The notes under the pieces: generated by a model | The model's database searches: none | Told to the model about the DNA's origin: nothing | What the model saw: only the letters and a program-made list of their open reading frames with translations | Program-made: the position numbers and the translations under genes | In this document: piece after piece, positions 28,430-39,192 of the stretch | Layout of the letters: every line of letters begins with the position of its first letter | Numbering within the stretch: the first letter of the stretch is position 1 | Assembly (NCBI GenBank): GCA_963675525.2 | Contig: CAXXSL010000013.1 | Span: 576,001-640,000, forward strand | Source: Anaerohalosphaeraceae bacterium | GTDB taxonomy: Bacteria > Planctomycetota > Phycisphaerae > Sedimentisphaerales > Anaerohalosphaeraceae | DNA: 64,000 nucleotides | Direction: 5' to 3'

Positions 28430-28981
28430 TTAATCATCGTCGTCGTCATCCTCGTCGTCATCGTCATCACCGTCGTCATCACCGTCGTCATCATCGAATT
28501 CCTGCTTCAAAAGAGTGCCGTCTTCGGAAAATTCCATCTCGCTCTCTTTGCCGTTCTGTTTCAACTCCACTTCATAGGTGATCTCGGGATTCTCAAGTTT
28601 AGTCAGAGTAACAACCCAGTACGTAACTTCCTTGGTGACCTCTTCGACATCGCTTCCGGCGATCGCATCCTGAATGGCTTGCGGCAGATCTTGAACAGCA
28701 ATCTCCTGTTCTTCCTCAACCAATGTTCCGTCCGGCGCAATGCTTACCTCGTACTCGCGGCCATTCTGATTGACTTCGATTTCATAAATCTTCAGCCCTT
28801 CTTCTTCCATTTTGGCTTCCTCAATCTCTCCTTGCGGATACATCGATTGTACCGCCGCAGCAACCGCTTCAGGGAGTTTTGCCTTTTTCGCTTTGTGCTC
28901 CTTTTCCGCGTAGACACTTAAGCAAACCAAAGCCCCCATCACCATAATGAGTCCAACCAGTCTAAGTTCTTTTCTCTTCAT
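28430..28981 (-). CDS. Periplasmic PepSY/BLIP-like protein with poly-Asp tail
   Basis: Signal peptide, repeated YEIEV...DGTL units, acidic C-terminus. Confidence 0.8.
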   Translation of the reverse strand: MKRKELRLVGLIMVMGALVCLSVYAEKEHKAKKAKLPEAVAAAVQSMYPQGEIEEAKMEEEGLKIYEIEVNQNGREYEVSIAPDGTLVEEEQEIAVQDLPQAIQDAIAGSDVEEVTKEVTYWVVTLTKLENPEITYEVELKQNGKESEMEFSEDGTLLKQEFDDDDGDDDGDDDDDEDDDDDD

Positions 28982-29104
28982 TTCGATACTCCTTTAAACA
29001 ATAGTCTTTTTGCGTTGCAATCTTATCCAATTCTCGACTGCTTTCAAAAAGCAATATACATATGCAAAGATGAGAATTTGGTGAAAATGAAAAAAAGACG
29101 AAAA

Positions 29105-29326
29105 TTATTTTTTCGCCTTTTTCCCAAAATAATTGGCCTTGACCCAGTTCCAGTTCAACACCAGATGCACCGCCGCGACAACAAGCAGCACAAAGGCAGC
29201 TCGTGCGTGCCCCCACTCAAAAACCTCATGTGGCAGCTTTGCGGCCAGCATTCCCGTCGCGGCCTGATTGGCAAGTAACACCAGTAAAACCACATTGACG
29301 ACTTTTAAAGCCTTGTTTTTTGACAT
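29105..29326 (-). CDS. Small membrane protein (DUF4405-like)
   Basis: ATG 29326 after AAGGAG; TMs with His residues, HLVLNWNWVK. Confidence 0.7.
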   Translation of the reverse strand: MSKNKALKVVNVVLLVLLANQAATGMLAAKLPHEVFEWGHARAAFVLLVVAAVHLVLNWNWVKANYFGKKAKK

Positions 29327-29528
29327 CAAAAATCTCCTTTCGGTCCAAAAACATTCGTATTTATGGTCATTGTACCGGCGGTTTGGCGCCCCGTCGAGGG
29401 CATTTTCGTCCTCTAATACGGATTTGACGTTACCAAAACCCTTGCATTTTTGATTCGGTTCTGTACAATGGCATTTTTTCACAGATAACCAAACAGGCAA
29501 AAAACAGAAAATACGAAAGGGACCATGC

Positions 29529-29687
29529 ATGGGTCGAGGCGACAAGAGAACCGAAAAAGGCAAACGGACACGCGGATCATACGGTAAATCCAGAGACAAA
29601 AGCAAATTGAAAGCGCGCGCCATTGCCGCCAAAGCCGCTCCGAAAAAAGAAACGCCTGCTGAAGCTGCACCCGAAGCAACGGCATAA
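29529..29687 (+). CDS. 30S ribosomal protein THX (bS31) family, 52 aa
   Basis: Manual translation MGRGDKRTEKGKRTRGSYGKSR...; below the ORF-track cutoff; followed by a hairpin and T-run. Confidence 0.85.
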   Translation: MGRGDKRTEKGKRTRGSYGKSRDKSKLKARAIAAKAAPKKETPAEAAPEATA

Positions 29688-29715
29688 TCCGTTTTTAACA
29701 CGATAACTCTGACCA

Positions 29716-29754
29716 GGCCTCCTCTCGCTTTGCGCTGAAAGGGGGCTTGTTTTT
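29716..29754 (+). terminator. Probable terminator after THX
   Basis: AGGCCTCCT...AGGGGGCTT then T-rich tail. Confidence 0.55.
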
Positions 29755-29894
29755 ATGTCTGTTAAAAGCTGCTTTAATTGGGTGGCATGGCTTGTCCCGA
29801 CGAGCCGGGAAGCCATGGGCGATTCACACAAGGTAATCGTCTTCTTAAGCCCCCATCGCTTTGGCCTTCGGCCAGAAGCGATGCCACCCAAGGA

Positions 29895-31049
29895 ATGAAG
29901 AAAATGAAATATGATTTAAATACACTGCAAACGCCCTGTTATCTGATCGACCTAGGGCTGTTGAAAAAGAACCTGCAAATCCTTCAGGACGTACAGGTCC
30001 GCACCGGCTGTAAAATTCTGCTGGCCCAAAAAGGCTATGCCGCATGGAGCACATACAACCTGTGCAATCAATACTTAGCAGGCGCTGCCGCCAGCAGCCT
30101 GCACGAAGCCAGACTGGCTCACGAATATTTCGGCGGCGAACTGCACCTGTGCACCCCGGCCTATCGCAACGACGATATGGATGAATACATCAGGATCGTC
30201 GACCACATCGTGTTCAACTCGTTTACCCTGTGGGCCCGTTTCAAAGACAAGGTCAAAACCGCTCCGAGAAAAATCGAATGCGGGCTTCGCATCAATCCCA
30301 TGCATTCAGAAGTCAAAACAAAGATCTACGACCCTTGCGCCCCCGGTTCCCGCCTGGGTATCCCACTGGATCAATTTCGGCCGGACCAGTTGGACGGTAT
30401 CAGCGGGCTGCATTTTCATACACTCTGCGAACTCAATGCCGATTCACTGGCGCGAACGCTGCCCGCGGTCGAACAACAATTCGGCGAAGTCATCCGTCAA
30501 ATGGACTGGATCAACTTCGGCGGCGGCCACCATATTACCCGCCCCGATTACGATATTGACCTGCTCTGCAAACTGATCACCGATTTCCAAAACCACTATC
30601 CGAATCTCAAAACAATCTATCTCGAACCCGGCGAAGCCATCGCGCTGGACACCGGCGTTCTGGTCACATCGGTGCTCGATATCATGCATAACAATACTGA
30701 TATCGCCATTTTAGACACCTCGGCTTCGGCTCACATGCCGGACGTGCTGGAAATGCCCTACCGCCCGGTGATTACCGGCGGTGGTCAACCCAATGAAAAG
30801 AAGTACACCTACCGTTTAGCCGGACCAACCTGTCTGGCCGGTGATGTCATCGGCGATTACTCCTTCGATAAACCGCTGACCGTCGGCGACAAACTCGTCT
30901 TGGGCGACATGGCCCACTACACGATGGTTAAAAACACCATGTTCAACGGCATCAATCTGCCGGATATTGTGCTGTACAACCCCGACACAAAAAAATATAA
31001 ACTCCAGCGGCGATTTACCTACAACGACTTCAAATCCCGTCTGTCCTGA
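29895..31049 (+). CDS. nspC: Carboxynorspermidine decarboxylase
   Basis: TPCY, LLAQKGY, ASSLHEA, YDPCAPGSRLG, GLHFHTLCE, NFGGGHHITRPDYD, HMPDVLEMPYRP, CLAGD, HYTMVK. Confidence 0.95.
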   Translation: MKKMKYDLNTLQTPCYLIDLGLLKKNLQILQDVQVRTGCKILLAQKGYAAWSTYNLCNQYLAGAAASSLHEARLAHEYFGGELHLCTPAYRNDDMDEYIRIVDHIVFNSFTLWARFKDKVKTAPRKIECGLRINPMHSEVKTKIYDPCAPGSRLGIPLDQFRPDQLDGISGLHFHTLCELNADSLARTLPAVEQQFGEVIRQMDWINFGGGHHITRPDYDIDLLCKLITDFQNHYPNLKTIYLEPGEAIALDTGVLVTSVLDIMHNNTDIAILDTSASAHMPDVLEMPYRPVITGGGQPNEKKYTYRLAGPTCLAGDVIGDYSFDKPLTVGDKLVLGDMAHYTMVKNTMFNGINLPDIVLYNPDTKKYKLQRRFTYNDFKSRLS

Positions 31050-31536
31050 ATTGTCCCGTCGTAATTTCGATCTATTTCAGCAACAACCAAAGACTCGCAA
31101 CAAGTCGATTAAAAAATGGCCGCACTTCCGTAATCTGAATATAAATTCTCTTTTATTAATTCGTATTATGGGACGTTCGGGGAAGTGTTCATGGAAATAA
31201 TAACAAGATGCTTTAAATTAATTTCATATTACCTCTGTATCACTGTCATTATTTATGCCGCCGTCTTTGACATTTTAAGCTGTTTCCTCGTAGATTCTTT
31301 TTTTTTATCGGACAATCCTTGCGGGCAATAAATAATAAAAGCAATTTTTGCTACCTCATGACATGTTTCTTAAGTTTTAGATATACGTAGATTTCAATAA
31401 AAATAACAGAATTCATGTACATGGTTAACCTATGTGATGTTTATGACGACGTTATGACGGATAACGCCCGACAGGTATCTGTCCCTGTTGGGCAGGGACT
31501 ATGACAGTGACAAGCGTAAACAAGGACACGTAATAC

Positions 31537-32508
31537 ATGATTCGTTTGAATAGCAGGAAAACTTGTCCAATCGGCATCGACTTGGGAAGCGGCTATATCC
31601 AATTAGCCCAAATCGGCATGACCAAACAGGGTCCGTACTTGCAGTCCGCCGGAATCTCCCACAAACCCATAGACATCGAACTCAACAGCCCTGCCTGGCA
31701 ACGATGGGCCATTGATGTCATTAGAGATATTGTTCAGAAAGAGAACTTCAAGGGAAAAGAGATCGTTACTGCCCTGCCGGCCAATGACCTGCTGATCGAA
31801 CCGATAAAAGTTCCCCGTTCCGCACTGAATCGCCTGGACCAACTTATTCCGCAAAAAATGCAAAAACGTCTTCCTTTCCCTGCAGAGAACGCGATTTATC
31901 AGCACGTCGTTGTAAATTACACAGAGACCAGTGCCGCAGAAGCAGATGTCCTGGCTATTGTTGCCGACCGCGAGACCGTCAACCGCCATCTGGCCATTTA
32001 CGAAAAAATCGGGCTGGATATTGTCGGCATTAGCATCTGGCCGGTCGCCATGATCAAAAGTTTTACATGCTTTTTCTGCAGACGTGAAAATGAACAGGAT
32101 AAAATCGCAATCCTGCTCAGCATTGGAACGGAACACACAAATGTCGTTATCACACGCGGGTCGGAACTGCTGTTCGCACGCGTTGTAAGTATTGGACATA
32201 CACAACTGGAACAAGGGCAAATGGTGCAGCGTCTGTTTTCAGAAATTGACGCCTGTATTCGCTATTTTGAGTCCAGTTCAGGAAACCTCCAGATCCAGCG
32301 ACTGCTTTTCCTTACGGGCAGTGGTGTCAGTCCCGCTCTCTGCGAGAAAGTCGCTGAGATGGCACAGCGTATACAGGTTCCTGCTCAGGTCGGTGATGTC
32401 TTAAGTGCTATCGAAATTAACCGGGGACCCGATTGTCTGATCGACCGCCGAAACAGCCGGACCGACTGGGCAACAACATTCGGGCTAAGTTTAGATGGAT
32501 TCAAATAA
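31537..32508 (+). CDS. pilM: Type IV pilus assembly protein PilM
   Basis: PIGIDLGS actin-like start, LSIG..HTNVVI, LTGSG, GLSL end; first gene of the operon. Confidence 0.85.
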   Translation: MIRLNSRKTCPIGIDLGSGYIQLAQIGMTKQGPYLQSAGISHKPIDIELNSPAWQRWAIDVIRDIVQKENFKGKEIVTALPANDLLIEPIKVPRSALNRLDQLIPQKMQKRLPFPAENAIYQHVVVNYTETSAAEADVLAIVADRETVNRHLAIYEKIGLDIVGISIWPVAMIKSFTCFFCRRENEQDKIAILLSIGTEHTNVVITRGSELLFARVVSIGHTQLEQGQMVQRLFSEIDACIRYFESSSGNLQIQRLLFLTGSGVSPALCEKVAEMAQRIQVPAQVGDVLSAIEINRGPDCLIDRRNSRTDWATTFGLSLDGFK

Positions 32509-32522
32509 AAAAGGTTGCGATT

Positions 32523-33227
32523 ATGACTACAATTAATTTCGTCCCAAATGATTATATGGAACAGCGGCAATCGAGCAGAGCAAACCTGCTGTACTTAATG
32601 TTGTTGACGGCAATGCTCGGAGCCATCGGCGTAACGTTCGGTTTTATTAAGATGCGTCAGCATTCGGTGCAGGCAGAACTGGCCAACCTCAATTCACGAA
32701 TGAGCAAGGCCCACGAGCAGATCGCCCAACTGGAAGAACTGAAAACCAAAAGCAAAACCATGATGAAAACCATGGTGATGACGGCTGAATTGCTGGAACC
32801 GATACCCCGGAGTATTATCCTGGCCTCTTTGACCAATGACCTGCCTTCCGGCGTGTCACTGACCGAACTGAATCTGAACACGAAAGAGATCAAAACTTAC
32901 AAGCCCATTAACAAAGCCGCCGCTACCGGCAGTCAATATGCCGGAAAAAGCGCGGCACAATCACAAACAGCAGAAGCCGAAATCAAAACCGAAACCGGTT
33001 TAAACCTAAAAGGGATCGCCCCCAGCGACATTCAGGTTGCCAGCTATATCGCTCGGCTCAGTCAATCGATTCTGCTGGACAATGTGGAACTGGTGGAGTC
33101 CAAAGAACTTGAAATTGAGGGAATTAAGTTTCGCGAATTTTGTCTCAAAGCCATGCTTAAGCCCAACCTGACACTGTCCAAAGATGCCATCAACGAAATT
33201 CGCCAAAAATCCAACGAAACAATCTAA
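32523..33227 (+). CDS. pilN: PilN-domain protein
   Basis: INFVP motif, TM, coiled coil, LPSGVSLTEL. Confidence 0.85.
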   Translation: MTTINFVPNDYMEQRQSSRANLLYLMLLTAMLGAIGVTFGFIKMRQHSVQAELANLNSRMSKAHEQIAQLEELKTKSKTMMKTMVMTAELLEPIPRSIILASLTNDLPSGVSLTELNLNTKEIKTYKPINKAAATGSQYAGKSAAQSQTAEAEIKTETGLNLKGIAPSDIQVASYIARLSQSILLDNVELVESKELEIEGIKFREFCLKAMLKPNLTLSKDAINEIRQKSNETI

Positions 33228-33268
33228 ATAAAAAAACAGTCAGGAACCAAAACGGAAAGGAACCTGAA

Positions 33269-33802
33269 ATGAACAGTAGTATGCGACACCTGATTTTTTT
33301 CGTCCTCATCATTGGAATGGCCTATGTATCATGGGCATACATGATCAAGCCCGCCAATCAGTACCTGACAGAGGAACGCTCGAAAATGGAAATCCAGAGG
33401 GCCAAGCTTAATGAACTGGAGCGAGCGACAGCCGCCGCCGAAGATCTCAGTGATCAGCTCAAAAAGATCGAAGACGCGATCCAGGTTTTCGAAAGCAAGC
33501 TGCCGCCCAGCAGTGAAATCCACACGATTCTGGAAAATGTCACGCTGATCGCGCAGCGGCACGGCCTGACTCCTAAGACAATCCGGACGCTGAAAAACGA
33601 AGAAAACCGCGGCTATATCGAACAGCCGATTGAGATGGAATTAGACGGAAACTTTAACGCTTATTATGCCTTTCTGCTGGAACTGGAAAAGCTCGATCGA
33701 ATCACTAAGATCCGTGAATTAAAGCTGAAGAAAAAATCGAAACATGAAGGGCAAACCGATGCGAAATTTGTCATGAGCATCTTTTTCCAGGGTGCCGCAT
33801 AA
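33269..33802 (+). CDS. pilO: PilO protein
   Basis: TM, coiled coil, KLP..SEI, YIEQPIEMELDGNF...LEKLDRIT. Confidence 0.85.
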   Translation: MNSSMRHLIFFVLIIGMAYVSWAYMIKPANQYLTEERSKMEIQRAKLNELERATAAAEDLSDQLKKIEDAIQVFESKLPPSSEIHTILENVTLIAQRHGLTPKTIRTLKNEENRGYIEQPIEMELDGNFNAYYAFLLELEKLDRITKIRELKLKKKSKHEGQTDAKFVMSIFFQGAA

Positions 33803-33829
33803 AAAACCTTTTTCTCTTGGAGATGGATT

Positions 33830-34492
33830 ATGCTTTCTTATCTAAAAGACGGACAAAGTCAGACTCCTGCGGGCGCTGACATGCAGGACTCGCAATCCGA
33901 ACAGGATGGCAGTCTCTGCCAACAACAGGATTTTTTAACCGTTTCCGGCCATGGCAAAAAACTGCGACAAAGCACAATCACGCTGATCGCGCTATTCGCC
34001 GTCGCGGCCGCCGTGGTATGGTTCATGGTTAAGAAAACCACACCCGCATCCGCTACCGCCGCGCCTAACAGCGACCAGGCACAACTGGAAGCGGCACTGG
34101 CACAGCTAAACACCATGCAGACGGAGATGAATACGCAGATGGATTCCGTCGTGGGAAAGTTCTATCAATTCAATAATATCGAGCAGATCGAAGTCAATGA
34201 ATTAAAGAAGAACCCTTTTAAACGTGAATTCAACGAGGCCAAACAGGACGTGGACACACAGAATATGGCCGAAAACGAATTACGGTTCCTTCGCGATAAG
34301 ATTCAACGACAGGCCGAAGAAATGGAACTCTGGAGTATCACGTCAACCCCCAAAGGTATGTGCTGCATGATTAACGACAAACTGCTGTATCAAGGCGACA
34401 GCCTGGACGGAATGACGGTCAAGGAAATCGGCGAAAAAACCGTAACGCTGGAATGTAATGGAATCACTGTTGAAATAAAGATGAGCGAATGA
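33830..34492 (+). CDS. Pilus/T2SS accessory membrane protein (PilP/GspB-like position)
   Basis: One TM, KNPF motif, C-terminal CMINDKLLYQGD...V.EI...V.L. Confidence 0.6.
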   Translation: MLSYLKDGQSQTPAGADMQDSQSEQDGSLCQQQDFLTVSGHGKKLRQSTITLIALFAVAAAVVWFMVKKTTPASATAAPNSDQAQLEAALAQLNTMQTEMNTQMDSVVGKFYQFNNIEQIEVNELKKNPFKREFNEAKQDVDTQNMAENELRFLRDKIQRQAEEMELWSITSTPKGMCCMINDKLLYQGDSLDGMTVKEIGEKTVTLECNGITVEIKMSE

Positions 34493-36402
34493 AACGGCTA
34501 TTTAAGAAAAACGAACCGGACGTAGATTATTCCGAAACGATTGAACTGGACGCCGGGCAGACGGAACTGTCGCCCGGTCTGCGGAACTTGTACAGTCCGC
34601 AGCAGGCCGCTGTCAAAGCCAGGGTCCATGACGTACTCGACATCATGATCGAAGACGGGACCCTGCAGCAAGAGCAGGCTGACGAGATACGTTCTAACCA
34701 GAACACCTCGGGCACAGAGCTTGAAAAACTGCTTACGCAGAAAGGCATTGACGAAGAAGTTCTTGTACGCGCCAAGGCAAGGCTCTACGGTTTTGAATTC
34801 AAAAATCTCGTTCTTGAACAGGTCGACCGTAAAGCGTTTTCGATGCTGGATTTGAAATACATCAGAAGCAACTACCTGATGCCGTTCGAAATCAATGAAG
34901 ATGGTGCTCTGTTGGTCGCGACCACCAATCCGGCCAATGTCTTTGCCATCGATGATGTTAAACGTCTGACCAATATGAACGTGGACGTGGTCGTCTGCAC
35001 CAAGCAGGACATCGAGGCGATCTGCGAAGCATTGGATGACAGCAAATTTGATTACAACGTTGACGAAATCATGACCGACATGGATGATGTCGAATTGATC
35101 CAGGACAACGAAGAAGATGTTGAAGACCTTGAGAAAAGCGCCGGCGAATCACCCGTTATCAAGTTTGTCAACTACCTGCTCAGTAACGCCCTGCATGAAG
35201 GCGCCAGTGATATTCATATCGAGCCAAAGGAAAAATACACTAAAATCCGTTATCGTATCGACGGTGTGCTGTTCGATTCCAGGCAGGCGCCTTCCAAAAT
35301 GCACGCGGCCATTGTGTCACGAATCAAAATTATGTCCAATCTGGACATTTCCGAACGCCGGATACCGCAGGACGGAAAAATTGCTGTCATCATGGGCGGC
35401 CGCGGGATTGACCTGCGTGTCTCCGTATTGCCAACCTGTCACGGCGAGAAAGTCGTCATCCGTCTGCTGGACAGCAAGAGCATTATGATCAGCCTGGAAC
35501 AGTCGGGCATGGAAACACGCCTCCTGGACGCCTTCCGTGAACAGATTGCTCAACCGCATGGAATTTTGCTGGTAACCGGACCGACCGGAAGCGGCAAAAG
35601 CACCACCCTCTATTCGGCATTGGCCCAGATGGACAGCGATCGCCTGAATGTCTCGACGGTCGAAGACCCTGTCGAATATAATCTTGAATTTTGTAATCAG
35701 GTCCAGGTGAATGAAAAAACAGGCCTGACGTTTTCCGGCGCGCTGCGGTCCCTGCTGCGGCAGGACCCCGATATTATCATGATCGGAGAAGTCCGCGATT
35801 CGGAAACAGCCCGTATCGCCGTGCAGGCCGCATTAACGGGGCATCTGGTATTATCAACACTGCATACCAATGATGCTCCCAGTAGTATTTCACGTCTGGT
35901 CAACATCGGAATCGAACCGTATCTGATCGCAGCATCATTAAATGGCGTCCTCGCGCAGCGACTCGTTCGCCGCATTTGCGATCACTGCAAAGAACCTTAT
36001 ACGGCACCCGATAACCTCCGGAAATATCTGGATATCGCACAGATCCAGCCACATGAGCTTTTACACGGTAAAGGCTGTGACAAGTGCCGCAACAGCGGAT
36101 ATGCCGGGCGATGCGGAATCCATGAACTCCTGGTTATTGACGACGAATTCCGCCAAATCATCAATGCTGATTCAGCGGTGAGCAATATGCGACAAGCTTT
36201 CCGTGAATCCGGCTGGCCAAACTTGTTCGAAGATGGGCTGCAAAAAGTTAAGAAAGGAATCACAACGATCGCTGAAATACTTCGCGTCGCCGAAGTGGCT
36301 GATGCCGCCGATATACCGAACGACCAGGCGGAGAATTATTGTAACGAAAATAATCACTCTCAATGCCAGGATAACGAACCCATTTATCAGGAACAGGGCT
36401 AG
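34489..36402 (+). CDS. pilB: PilB/GspE assembly ATPase
   Basis: ASDIHIEP, GPTGSGKST, LRQDPD, TLHTND, tetracysteine CDHC...CDKC. Confidence 0.93.
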   Translation: MKRLFKKNEPDVDYSETIELDAGQTELSPGLRNLYSPQQAAVKARVHDVLDIMIEDGTLQQEQADEIRSNQNTSGTELEKLLTQKGIDEEVLVRAKARLYGFEFKNLVLEQVDRKAFSMLDLKYIRSNYLMPFEINEDGALLVATTNPANVFAIDDVKRLTNMNVDVVVCTKQDIEAICEALDDSKFDYNVDEIMTDMDDVELIQDNEEDVEDLEKSAGESPVIKFVNYLLSNALHEGASDIHIEPKEKYTKIRYRIDGVLFDSRQAPSKMHAAIVSRIKIMSNLDISERRIPQDGKIAVIMGGRGIDLRVSVLPTCHGEKVVIRLLDSKSIMISLEQSGMETRLLDAFREQIAQPHGILLVTGPTGSGKSTTLYSALAQMDSDRLNVSTVEDPVEYNLEFCNQVQVNEKTGLTFSGALRSLLRQDPDIIMIGEVRDSETARIAVQAALTGHLVLSTLHTNDAPSSISRLVNIGIEPYLIAASLNGVLAQRLVRRICDHCKEPYTAPDNLRKYLDIAQIQPHELLHGKGCDKCRNSGYAGRCGIHELLVIDDEFRQIINADSAVSNMRQAFRESGWPNLFEDGLQKVKKGITTIAEILRVAEVADAADIPNDQAENYCNENNHSQCQDNEPIYQEQG

Positions 36403-36429
36403 CCTAAATAGTCTGTCTGGAGATATAAA

Positions 36430-37518
36430 ATGATTGATACGAAACAAATGCTGGCAACCGCGATTCAAAGTGGGGCCTCTGATGTTCACATTAATTCGGA
36501 CATGCCCCCGATCATGCGAATCAATACCGATCTGGTGATGATGGATTTGCCCGAGTTGTCAAATGACGAAGCCGGACAAATGATCATGGAATTGGTGGGC
36601 GAAGCAAAATTCAAAAAATACCTCGAAAAACGGGACCTGGACTTCTCTACAATGATCGACGACGGCAGCCGTTTTCGTGTGAATGCGCATTTCCAGAAAG
36701 AATCTTTTGCCATTTCTTTCCGCGCCATCTCTAACCAGATCCCTGACATCGAAGATCTGCATCTGCCAGACGTTGTCTCGGAATTAACGGATCTGCCCCG
36801 CGGACTGGTCGTCGTCACCGGACACACCGGTTCCGGTAAAAGTACATCGCTGGCGTCGATGGTTAACGTCATCAATCGCAAATACAGAAAACGCATTATC
36901 ACCCTTGAAGACCCCATTGAATATATGATGGCGAACAAGTCCTCGATGATCGAACAGCGGGAAGTCGGCGCCGATTGCTCAACCTTTGCGTCCGGACTTC
37001 GGCACGCCTTGCGGCAAGACCCCGATATCATCCTGGTGGGTGAAATGCGAGACCTCGAAACAACCAGCTCGACCATTACCGCGGCAGAAACCGGACACCT
37101 GGTCTTCTCGACACTGCATACCGTCAATGCCTCTCAAACCGTTGAGCGTATTATTGATATCTACCCCGCCAGCCAGCAGAACCAGATCCGCGCCATGCTC
37201 TCAAACACCCTGCAGGCTGTTATTTCGCAAACATTGTTCAGACGCGTCGACCAACCGGGCATGGTGCCCTGCGTCGAGATCCTTCTCTGTACCTCGGCTG
37301 TCAGAAACTGCATCCGTGAAAACAGGGTTTTTGAAATCCCCAACATCATCGAAACCTCTCGCAGGTTGGGAATGCAGACGATGGATCACAGTATCCAGCA
37401 GATGTATATCCAGGGATTTATTGACCGCGATGAAGCCATCATGCGTTCCAGCAACCCCGGCAAAATGGAAAAAGTGCTGCCCCCGTCGCCCGAACCCGCC
37501 CTGCAGGCACAGGAATAA
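36430..37518 (+). CDS. pilT: PilT retraction ATPase
   Basis: GHTGSGKST, LRQDPDIILVGEMRD, AAETGHLVFSTLHT, AVRNCIRE, GMQTMD. Confidence 0.93.
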   Translation: MIDTKQMLATAIQSGASDVHINSDMPPIMRINTDLVMMDLPELSNDEAGQMIMELVGEAKFKKYLEKRDLDFSTMIDDGSRFRVNAHFQKESFAISFRAISNQIPDIEDLHLPDVVSELTDLPRGLVVVTGHTGSGKSTSLASMVNVINRKYRKRIITLEDPIEYMMANKSSMIEQREVGADCSTFASGLRHALRQDPDIILVGEMRDLETTSSTITAAETGHLVFSTLHTVNASQTVERIIDIYPASQQNQIRAMLSNTLQAVISQTLFRRVDQPGMVPCVEILLCTSAVRNCIRENRVFEIPNIIETSRRLGMQTMDHSIQQMYIQGFIDRDEAIMRSSNPGKMEKVLPPSPEPALQAQE

Positions 37519-37544
37519 CTTTGAATTGATAAGGAAGATGTCCA

Positions 37545-38714
37545 ATGTCATTCATGGAAAAACTAAAAAAACCGGAAACAAATTCGAACAAAAGCGACCG
37601 CAACTACCATGCCGCAGCCGCAATCTCTTCCACTACAACCGGACCGTCTAAAAAAGGCGGCTTCAGAGTCGAATTCGGGCCCAGCAGAAAAGATATCCTT
37701 AACTTTACCAATCAGTTGGCCGTGATGATCCGTGCCGGTATCAGCCTGCAGGATTCCCTCGAATCCATTGGCACACAAATTCAAAAAGAAAAATTCCGCC
37801 TCGTGGTGCTGGACTTAAAAGAACGTATTGAAGCCGGACAGAGTTTCTCCCAGGCGTTGGGTGAACATCCCGAAGTCTTCACAAACTTATACATCAACAT
37901 GATCGCCGCGGCGGAAATCTCCGGCTCCATGAGTTCTATGCTCCAGCAGTTGGTCGAATATCTCGACCAGGAAGCCGACACACGCAATCAGGTCATCAGT
38001 GCCATGGTCTATCCGGTTATCATTCTGGTTATGGCTGTTACTTGTGTGACGTTTCTATTGACCTTTGTACTGCCCCGATTCCTTATGGTCTTCGCCGGAA
38101 AGGAACACCTGCTGCCGGCTCCGACGAAAATCATCATGGCCACAAGCATGATCATGCGGCACTATTGGTTCATTATTTTCCCGGCAATTGGCGGCGGCGT
38201 CATGGGCTTCTGGTACTTTACCAACAAAACCCCCATTGGAAAATACTGGTGGGACAAGACTAAACTGGCGTTGCCCCTGTTAAAAAACTTATGCCGAAGC
38301 CTGTATATTACACGCAGTCTGCATACGATGGGCGTACTGACCAATGCCGGCGTGCCGATCCTTGACACCCTGTCCATCACCTCTTATATCAGCGGAAACA
38401 TGCTGTTTGAAAACATGTGGAAAGGCGTCCATGAAGAAGTTCGGCAAGGTAAAAAAATTGCCCCCAGCATGGACCGATACGGACTGATGCCCGCCAATGT
38501 GGTACAGATGCTTCAGAGCGGCGAAGAATCCGGAACATTAGGAGATGTCCTGCGCGATATTTCTGATTTTTACGGGCGCGAATTAAAGACTGTCATTAAA
38601 ACCGTCACCAGCATGATCGAACCTATCATGATCGTCCTGATGGGCGTCCTGGTCGGCTTTATCGCGATGAGTATTATTCTGCCCATCTTCAAAATGTCCA
38701 GCGTTGTCAGCTAA
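37545..38714 (+). CDS. pilC: PilC/GspF inner-membrane platform protein
   Basis: FTNQLAVMIRAG, AMVYP, GEESGTL, MIEP, ILPIF. Confidence 0.93.
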   Translation: MSFMEKLKKPETNSNKSDRNYHAAAAISSTTTGPSKKGGFRVEFGPSRKDILNFTNQLAVMIRAGISLQDSLESIGTQIQKEKFRLVVLDLKERIEAGQSFSQALGEHPEVFTNLYINMIAAAEISGSMSSMLQQLVEYLDQEADTRNQVISAMVYPVIILVMAVTCVTFLLTFVLPRFLMVFAGKEHLLPAPTKIIMATSMIMRHYWFIIFPAIGGGVMGFWYFTNKTPIGKYWWDKTKLALPLLKNLCRSLYITRSLHTMGVLTNAGVPILDTLSITSYISGNMLFENMWKGVHEEVRQGKKIAPSMDRYGLMPANVVQMLQSGEESGTLGDVLRDISDFYGRELKTVIKTVTSMIEPIMIVLMGVLVGFIAMSIILPIFKMSSVVS

Positions 38715-38742
38715 GAACCACTGGCTTGTCGGAGACCGAATT

Positions 38743-39174
38743 ATGAAAACAAAACGTAAACGACATTCAAGCGGCTTCACGCTGATCGAGGTTCTTTTTG
38801 CCGCAATGCTGATCGGACTGGTCATTGCCGCGATCGCCGTTTCAAGCAGTGCTTCGACCATGGTCAACGGTGCCGGCATAAATATGTCCACCGCCGAATT
38901 CCTGATCGAAGAAATACGCGAACAAACCGCTTCGATGACATTCGACGAGATCGTCGCATACACGGCGAGTCCTATCAATCCACCGATCGATATCAGTGGT
39001 GCGGCCATGGCTGAGTTCAGCGCTTTTTCGCAGCAGGTAACCGTCCAATACGTCAATCCGTCAAACCTGGAAAGCCCTGTCGCCGGGCCTACCGATTTTG
39101 TTCGCGTGACGGTTACAATTACAAAAAATAATGTCCCTGTCAGCTCGGCGAACTGGATTCGGGCACGATTATAA
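38743..39174 (+). CDS. Minor pilin/pseudopilin (PilV/GspI-like)
   Basis: Class III signal SSG|FTLIE. Confidence 0.85.
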   Translation: MKTKRKRHSSGFTLIEVLFAAMLIGLVIAAIAVSSSASTMVNGAGINMSTAEFLIEEIREQTASMTFDEIVAYTASPINPPIDISGAAMAEFSAFSQQVTVQYVNPSNLESPVAGPTDFVRVTVTITKNNVPVSSANWIRARL

Positions 39175-39192
39175 TCTTGAGAGAAGGTGGAC

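Noticed and set aside
29105..29701. 198-aa minus-strand ORF as listed in the track
   Set aside because: Its 5' part is antisense to THX; only the last 73 aa, after the RBS at 29326, look real.
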